From Eledone cirrhosa (Eukaryota), in NCBI GenBank assembly GCA_964016885.1, contig OZ024742.1:349060001-349124000 (forward strand): a stretch of 64,000 bases of DNA, given 5' to 3'. The first letter of the stretch is position 1, and each line of letters starts with the position of its first letter. The translations under genes were made by a program, and so were the position numbers. The notes beneath the pieces were generated by a model. It did no database searches. It saw only the letters and a list, made by a program, of their open reading frames with translations, and was not told the origin of the DNA. Shown here piece after piece: positions 55,201 through 64,000 of the stretch.

Positions 55201-58200
55201 TCAGTGGGTATAGCTATAGAATTGCAAGGGATCAGTGGGTATAGTTATAGAATTTTAAGGGGTCAGTGGGTATAGTTATAGAATTGTAACGGGTCAGTGG
55301 GTATAGTTATAGAATTGTAAGTGGTCAGTGGGTATAGTTATAGAATTGTAAAGGGTCAGTAGGTATAGCTATAGAATTGTAAGGAGTCAGTGTGTACATA
55401 TATAGAATTGTAAGGGGTCAGTGGCTATAGTTATAGAATTGTAACGGGTCAGTGGGTATAGTTATAGAATTGTAAGCGTTCAGTGGGTATAGTTTTAGAA
55501 TTGTAAGGGGTCAGTGGGTATAGATATAGAATTGTAAGGGATCAGTGGTTATAACTATTGAATTGTAAGGATCTGAGGGTATAGCTATAGAATTGTAAGA
55601 GTTCAGTGGGTATAGTTATAGAATTGTAAGGGATCAGTGGGTATAGCTATAGAATTGTAAGGGGTCAGCGTGTATAGCTATAGAATTGTAAGGATTCTGT
55701 AGGTATAGTTATAGAATTGTAAGGGGTCAGTGGGTATAGTTATGGAATTGTAAGGTGTCAGTGGGTATAGCTATAGAATTGTAAGGGGTCAGTGGGTATA
55801 TCTATAGAATTGTAAGGGGTCAGTGGGTATAGCAATATAATTGTAAGGAGTCAGTGTGTATATATATAGAATTGTAAGGATTCTGTAGGTATAGCTATAG
55901 AATTGTAAGGCGTCTGTGGGTATAGCTATAGAATTGTAAGGGGTCAGTGGGTATAGCTATAGAATTGTAAGGGATCAGTGGGTATAGCTATAGAACAGTA
56001 AGGGGTCAGTGGGTATAGTTATATAATAGCAAGTGGTCAGTGGGTATAGCTATAGAATCGTAAGGGGTCAGTGGGTATAGTAATAGAATTGTAAGGGGTC
56101 AGTGTGTATAGTTATAGAATTGTAAGGAATCAGTGGGTATAGCTATAGAATTGTTAGGGGTCAGTGGGTATAGCTATAGAACTGTAAGGGGTCAGTGGGT
56201 ATAGTTATAGGATTATAAGTGGTCAGTGGGTATAGTTATAGAATTGTAAGGGGTTAGTGTTTATAGATATAGAATTGTAATAGCTAACTGGGTAAGGCTA
56301 TAGAATTGTAAGGGGTCAGTAGGTATAGCTATTGATTTATAAGGAGTCAGTGGGTATAGATATAGAATTGTAAGGGGTCAGTGGATATAACTATTGAATT
56401 GTAAGGGGTCAGTGGTATAGTTATAGAATTGTAAGGGGTCAGTGGGTATAGCTATAGAATTGTAAGGAGTCAGTGTGTATATATATAGAATTGCAAGGAT
56501 TCTGTAGGTATAGCTATAGAATTGTAAGGCGTCTGTGGGTATAGCTATAGAATTATAAGGGGTAGTGGGTATAGATATAGAATAGAAAGTGGTCAGTGGG
56601 TATAGCTATAGAATCGTAAGGGGTCAGTGGGTATAGTAATAGAATTGTAAGGGGTCAGTGTGTATAGTTATAGAATTGTAAGGAATCAGTGGGTATAGCT
56701 ATAAAATTGTTAGGGTCAGTGGGTATAGCTATAGAATATTAAGGGGTCAGTGGGTATAGTTATAGAATTGTAAGGGATGAGTGGGTATAGCTATAGAACT
56801 GTAAGGGGTCAGTGGGTATAGTTATAGGATTATAAGTGGTCAGTGGGTATAGTTATAGAATTGTAAGGGGTTAGTGTTTATAGATATAGAATTGTAATAG
56901 CTCATTGGGTAAGGCTATAGAATTGTAAGGGGTCAGTGGGTATAGCTATTGATTTATAAGGAGTCAGTGGGTATAGATATAGAATTGTAAGGGGTCAGTG
57001 GGTATAACTATTGAATTGTAAGGGGTCTGAGGGTATAGCTATAGAATTGTAAGAGTTCAGTGTGTATAGTTATAGAATTGCAAGGGATCAGTTGGTATAG
57101 CTATAGAATTGTAAGTGGTCAGTAGGTATAGTTATAGAATTGTAAGGGGTCAAAATATATAGTTATAGAATTGTAAGGGGTCAGTGGGTATAGCTATAGA
57201 ATTGTAAGGGGTCAGTGGATATAGTTATAGAATTGTAAGGCGTCAGTGGGTATAGTTATTGAATTGTAAGGGGTCAGTGGGTATAGCTATATAATTGTAA
57301 GGAGTCAGTGTGTATATATATAGAATTGTAAGGGCTCAGTGGGTATAGTTATAGAATTGTAAGGGGCCAGTGGGTATAGTTATAGAATTGTAAGGGTTCA
57401 GTGGGTATAGTTATAGAATTGTAATGGGTCAGTGGGTATAGTTATAGAATTGTAAGGGGTCAGTGGGTATAGTTATAGAATTGTAAGGGGTCAGTGGGTA
57501 TAGTTATAGAATTGTAAGGGATCAGTGGGTATAGCTATAGAATTGTAAGTGGTCAGTGGGTATAATTATAGAATTGTAAGGGGTCAGTGGATATAGTTAT
57601 AGAATTGTAAGGGGTCAGTGGGTATAGCTATAGAAATGTAAGTGGTCAGTGGGTACAGTTATAGAATTGTAAGGGGACAGAGGGTATAGCTATATAATTG
57701 TAAGGGGTCAGTGGGTATAATTATAGAATTGTAAAGGCTCAGTGGGTACAGTTATAGAATTGTAAGGGGTCAGTGGGTATAGCTATAGAATTGTAAGGCG
57801 TCTGTGGGAATAGCTATAGAATTGTAAGGGATCAGTGGGTATAGCTATAGAATTGTAAGGGGTCAGCGTGTATAGCTATAGAATTGTAAGGATTCTGTAG
57901 GTATAGTTATAGAATTGTAAGGGGTCAGTGGGTATAGTTATGGAATTGTAAGGTGTCAGTGGGTATAGCTATAGAATTGTAAGGGGTCAGTGGGTATAGT
58001 TATAGAATTGTAAGGGGTCAGTGGGTATAGCAATATAATTGTAAGGAGTCAGTGTGTATATATATAGAATTGTAAGGATTCTGTAGGTATAGCTATAGAA
58101 TTGTAAGGCGTCTGTGGGTATAGCTATAGAATTGTAAGGGGTCAGTGGGTATAGCTATAGAATTGTAAGGGATCAGTGGGTATAGCTATAGAACAGTAAG

Positions 58201-61200
58201 GGGTCAGTGGGTATAGTTATATAATAGCAAGTGGTCAGTGGGTATAGCTATAGAATCGTAAGGGGTCAGTGGGTATAGTAATAGAATTGTAAGGGGTCAG
58301 TGTGTATAGTTATAGAATTGTAAGGAATCAGTGGGTATAGCTATAGAATTGTTAGGGGTCAGTGGGTATAGCTATAGAACTGTAAGGGGTCAGTGGGTAT
58401 AGTTATAGGATTATAAGTGGTCAGTGGGTATAGTTATAGAATTGTAAGGGGTTAGTGTTTATAGATATAGAATTGTAATAGCTAACTGGGTAAGGCTATA
58501 GAATTGTAAGGGGTCAGTAGGTATAGCTATTGATTTATAAGGAGTCAGTGGGTATAGATATAGAATTGTAAGGGGTCAGTGGATATAACTATTGAATTGT
58601 AAGGGGTCAGTGGTATAGTTATAGAATTGTAAGGGGTCAGTGGGTATAGCTATAGAATTGTAAGGAGTCAGTGTGTATATATATAGAATTGCAAGGATTC
58701 TGTAGGTATAGCTATAGAATTGTAAGGCGTCTGTGGGTATAGCTATAGAATTATAAGGGGTAGTGGGTATAGATATAGAATAGAAAGTGGTCAGTGGGTA
58801 TAGCTATAGAATCGTAAGGGGTCAGTGGGTATAGTAATAGAATTGTAAGGGGTCAGTGTGTATAGTTATAGAATTGTAAGGAATCAGTGGGTATAGCTAA
58901 AAAATTGTTAGGGTCAGTGGGTATAGCTATAGAATATTAAGGGGTCAGTGGGTATAGTTATAGAATTGTAAGGGATGAGTGGGTATAGCTATAGAACTGT
59001 AAGGGGTCAGTGGGTATAGTTATAGGATTATAAGTGGTCAGTGGGTATAGTTATAGAATTGTAAGGGGTTAGTGTTTATAGATATAGAATTGTAATAGCT
59101 CATTGGGTAAGGCTATAGTATTGTAAGGGGTCAGTGGGTATAGCTATTGATTTATAAGGAGTCAGTGGGTATAGATATAGAATTGTAAGGGGTCAGTGGG
59201 TATAACTATTGAATTGTAAGGGGTCTGAGGGTATAGCTATAGAATTGTAAGAGTTCAGTGTGTATAGTTATAGAATTGCAAGGGATCAGTTGGTATAGCT
59301 ATAGAATTGTAAGTGGTCAGTAGGTATAGTTATAGAAATGTAAGGGGTCAAAATATATAGTTATAGAATTGTAAGGGGTCAGTGGGTATAGCTATAGAAT
59401 TGTAAGGGGTCAGTGGATATAGTTATAGAATTGTAAGGCGTCAGTGGGTATAGTTATTGAATTGTAAGGGGTCAGTGGGTATAGCTATATAATTGTAAGG
59501 AGTCAGTGGGTATAGTAATAGAATTGTAAGGGGTCAGTGTTTATAGATATAGAATTGTAATAGCTAACTGGGTAAGGCTATAGAATTGTAAGGGGTCAGT
59601 AGGTATAGCTATTGATTTATAAGGAGTCAGTGGGTATAGATATAGAATTGTAAGGGGTCAGTGGATATAACTATTGAATTGTAAGGGGTCAGTGGTATAG
59701 TTATAGAATTGTAAGGGCTCAGTGGGTATAGTTATAGAATTGTAAGGGGCCAGTGGGTATAGTTATAGAATTGTAAAGGTTCAGTGGGTATAGTTATAGA
59801 ATTGTAATGGGTCAGTGGGTATAGTTATAGAATTGTAAGGGGTCAGTGGGTATAGTTATAGAATTGTAAGAGGTCAGTGGGTATAGTTATAGAATTGTAA
59901 GGGATCAGTGGGTATAGCTATAGAATTGTAAGTGGTCAGTGGGTATAATTATAGAATTGTAAGGGGTCAGTGGATATAGTTATAGAATTGTAAGGGGTCA
60001 GTGGGTATAGCTATAGAAATGTAAGTGGTCAGTGGGTACAGTTATAGAATTGTAAGGGGACAGAGGGTATAGCTATATAATTGTAAGGGGTCAGTGGGTA
60101 TAATTATAGAATTGTAAAGGCTCAGTGGGTACAGTTATAGAATTGTAAGGGGTCAGTGGGTATAGCTATAGAATTGTAAGGCGTCTGTGGGAATAGCTAT
60201 AGAATTGTAAGGGGTCAGTGGGTATAGATATATAATTGTATGGGGTCAGTGGGTATAGCTATAGAATTGTATGGGGTCAGTGTGTATAGTTATAGAATTG
60301 CAGGTGGTCAGTGGGTATAGCTATAGAATTGTAAGTGGTCAGCGGGTATAGGTATAGAATCGTAAGGGGTCAGTGGGTATAGTTATAGAACTGTAAGGGG
60401 TCAGTGGGTATAGTTATAGAATTGTAAGGAATCAGTGGGTATAGCTATAGAATTGTAAGGGGTCAGTGGGTATAGCTATAGAATTGTAAGGAGTCAGTGT
60501 GTATATATATAGAATTGTAAGGGGTCAGTGGGTATAGTTATAGAATTGTAACGGGTCAGTGGGTATAGTTATAGAATTGTAAGGTTTCAGTGGGTATAGT
60601 TATAGAATTGTAAGGGGTCAGTGGGTATAGATATAGAATTGTAAGGGATCAGTGGGTATAACTATTGAATTGTAAGGGGTCTGAGTTTATAGCTATAGAA
60701 TTGTAAGAGTTCAGTGGGTATAGTTATAGAATTGTAAGGAATCAGTGGGTATAGCTATAGAATTGTAAGGCGTCTGTGGGTATAGCTATAGAATTGTAAG
60801 GGGTCAGTGGGTATAGATATATAACTGTAAGGGGTCAGTCGGTATAGCTATAGAATTGTAAGGATTCTGTAGGTATAGTTATAAAATTGTAAGTGGTTAG
60901 TGGGTATAGTTATAGAATAGTAAGGGGTCAGTGGGTATAGCTATAGAATTGTAAGGGGTCAGTGGGTATAGCTATAGAATTGTAAGGGGTCAGTGGGTAT
61001 AGTTATAGAATTGTAAGGGGTCAGTGGGTATAGTTATAGAATTGTAAGGGGTCAGTGGGTATAGCTATAGAATTGTAAGGGGTCAGTGTGTATAGTTATA
61101 GAATTGTAAGGGGTCAGTGGGTATAGTTATAGAATTGTAAGAGGTCAGTGGGTATAGCTATAGAATTGTAACGGATCAGTGGATATAGTTATAGAATTTT

Positions 61201-64000
61201 AAGGGGTCAGTGTGTATAGTTATAGAATTGTAACGGGTCAGTGGGTATAGTTATAGAATTGTAAGTGGTCAGTGGGTATAGTTATAGAATTGTAAGGGGT
61301 CAGTAGGTATAGCTATAGAATTGTAAGGAGTCAGTGTGTATATTTATAGAATTGTAAGGGGTCAGAGGGTATAGTTATAGAATTGTAACGGGTCAGTGGG
61401 TATAGTTATAGAATTGTAAGTGTTCAGTGGGTATAGTTTTAGAATTGTAAGGGGTCAGTGGGTATAGATATAGAATTGTAAGGGATCAGTGGTTATAACT
61501 ATTGAATTGTAAGGATCTTAGGGTATAGCTATAGAATTGTAAGAGTTCAGTGGGTATAGTTATAGAATTGCAAGGGATCAGTTGGTATAGCTATAGAATT
61601 GTAAGGGGTCAGTGGGTATAGTTATAGAATTGTAAGGGGTCAGTGGGTATAGTTATAGAATTGTAAGGGGTCAGTGGGTATAGCTATAGAATTGTAAGGG
61701 GTCAGTGTGTATAGTTATAGAATTGTAAGGGGTCAGTGGGTATAGTTATAGAATTGTAAGGGGTCAGTGGGTATAGTTATAGGATTGTAAGGGGTCAGTG
61801 GGTATAGTTATAGAATTGTAAGGGATCAGTGGGTATAGCTATAGAATTGTAAATGGTCAGTGGGTATAGTTATAGAATTGTAAGAGGTCAGTGGGTATAG
61901 CTATAGAATTGTAAGGGATCAGTGGATATAGTTATAGAATTTTAAGGGGTCAGTGTGTATAGCTATAGAATTGTAACGGGTCAGTGGGTATAGTTATAGA
62001 ATTGTAAGTGGTCAGTGGGTATAGTTATAGAATTGTAAGGGGTCAGTAGGTATAGCTATAGAATTGTAAGGAGTCAGTGTGTATATTTATAGAATTGTAA
62101 GGGGTCAGAGAGTATAGTTATAGAATTGTAACGGGTCAGTGGGTATAGTTATAGAATTGTAAGTGTTCAGTGGGTATAGTTTTAGAATTGTAAGGGGTCA
62201 GTGGGTATAGATATAGAATTGTAAGGGATCAGTGGTTATAACTATTGAATTGTAAGGATCTGAGGGTATAGCTATAGAATTGTAAGAGTTCAGTGGGTAT
62301 AGTTATAGAATTGTAAGGGATCAGTGGGTATAGCTATAGAATTGTAAGCGTTCAGCGTGTATAGCTATAGAATTGTAAGGATTCTGTAGGTATAGTTATA
62401 GAATTGTAAGGGGTCAGTGGGTATAGTTATGGAATTGTAAGGGGTCAGTGGGTATAGCTATAGAATTGTAAGGGGTCAGTGGGTATAGTTATAGAATTGT
62501 AAGGGGTCAGTGGGTATAGCTATAGAATTGTAAGGAGTCAGTGTGTATATATATAGAATTGTAAGGGGTCAGTGGGTATAGTTATAGAATTGTAACGGGT
62601 CAGTGTGTATAGTTATAGAATTGTAAGGGTTCAGTCGGTATAGTTTTAGAATTGTAAGGGGTCAGTGGGTATAGATATAGAATTGTAAGGGATCAGTGGG
62701 TATAACTATTGAATTTTAAGGGTCTGAGGGTATAGCTATAGAATTCTAAGAGTTCAGTGGGTATAGTTATAGAATTGTAAGGGATCAGTGGGTATAGCTA
62801 TAGAATTGTAAGGGGTCTGTGTGTATAGCTATAGAATTGTAAGGATTCTGTAGGTATAGTTATAGAATTGTAAGGGATCAGTGGGTATAACTATTGAATT
62901 GTAAGTGTCTGAGGGTATAGCTATAGAATTGTAAGAGTTCAGTGGGTATAGTTATAGAATTTTAATGGGTCAGTGGGTATAATTATAGAATTGTAAGGGG
63001 TCAGTGGGTATATATATAGAATTGTAAGGGGTCAGTAGGTATAGATATAGAATTGTAAGGGATTCAGTGGGTATATCTATAGAATTGTAAGGGATCAGTG
63101 GGCATAGATATAGAATTGTAAGGGGTCAGTGGGTATATCTATAGAATTGTAAGGGGTCAGTGGGTATAGTTATAGAATTGTATGGGGTCAGTGGGTATAG
63201 TTATAGAATTGTAAGTGGTCCGTGGGTATAGCTATAGAATTGTAAGGGGTCAGTGGGTATAGTCATAGAATTGTAAGGGGTCAGTGGGTATAGTTATAGA
63301 ATTGTAAGGGGTCAGTGGGTATAGTTATAGAATTGTAAGGGGTCAGTGGGTATAGTCATAGAATTGTAAGGGGTCAGTGGGTATAGTTATGGAATTGTAA
63401 GGGGTCAGTGGGTATAGTTATAGAATTGTAAGGGATCAGTGGATATAGCTATAGAATTGTAAGTAGTCAGTGGGTATAGTTATAGAATTGTAAGGGGTCA
63501 GTGAGTAGAGTCATAGAATTGTAAGGGGTCAGTGGGTATAGTTATAGAATTGTAAGGGGTCAGTGGTTATACTTATAAAATTGTAAGGGGTCAGTGGGTA
63601 TAGTCATAGAATTGTAAGGGGTCAGTGGGTATAGTTATGGAATTGTAAGGGGTCAGTCGGTATAGTTATAGAATTGTAAGGGATCAGTGGATATAACTAT
63701 AGAATTGTAAGGGGTCAGTGGGTATAGTTATGGAATTGTAAGGGGTCAGTGGGTATAGTTATAGAATTGTAAGGGATCAGTGGATATAGCTATAGAATTG
63801 TAAGTGGTCAGTGGGTATAGTTATAGAATTGTAAGGGGTCAGTGGGTATAGTCATAGAATTGTAAGGGGTCAGTGGGTATAGTTATAGAATTGTAAGGGG
63901 TCAGTGGGTATAGTTATAGAATTGTAAGGGGTTAGTGGGTATAGTCATAGAATTGTAAGGGGTCAGTGGGTATAGTTATGGAATTGTAAGGGGTCAGTGG
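22256..64000 (+). repeat. 31-bp tandem satellite, consensus TATAG(T/C)TATAGAATTGTAAGGGGTCAGTGGG, ~1,340 monomers, runs off the right edge
   Basis: Continuous 31-bp period in one orientation for 41.7 kb; no insertion or inversion seen. Confidence 0.98.

Noticed and set aside
22256-64000. Telomeric repeat or coding tandem repeat
   Set aside because: No (TTAGGG)n run, only a loose TAAGGG resemblance; frequent stops and no ORFs in the track.

Overview
Repeat-saturated eukaryotic (animal) DNA with no recognisable host gene. The dense (TA)n/(CA)n/(TAC)n microsatellites and the SINE family resemble octopus/cephalopod genomes; that assignment is inference. From left to right: (1) 1-460, a minus-strand Penelope-like retroelement fragment disrupted by a short inverted duplication; (2) 575-3490, (TA)n-derived micro/minisatellites and a tRNA-type SINE with a 19-bp target-site duplication; (3) 3568-17180, a 13.6-kb head-to-tail array of four diverged Tx1/L1-clade non-LTR retrotransposon units (two near full-length with zinc-knuckle ORF1 and APE-RT ORF2, two 5'-truncated), all on + and mostly bounded by (TATC)n; (4) 17240-22250, microsatellites, a 55-bp minisatellite grown inside a SINE, and two more SINEs; (5) 22256-64000, about 42 kb of a G-rich 31-bp satellite (~1,340 monomers) with nested higher-order repeats. 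The best candidate for an undescribed system is a (TATC)n-targeting Tx1 family whose own tail recreates its target and whose 5' UTR carries a covarying double hairpin. Most ORFs in the supplied track are microsatellite or antisense artefacts. All alignments and periods were made by eye.
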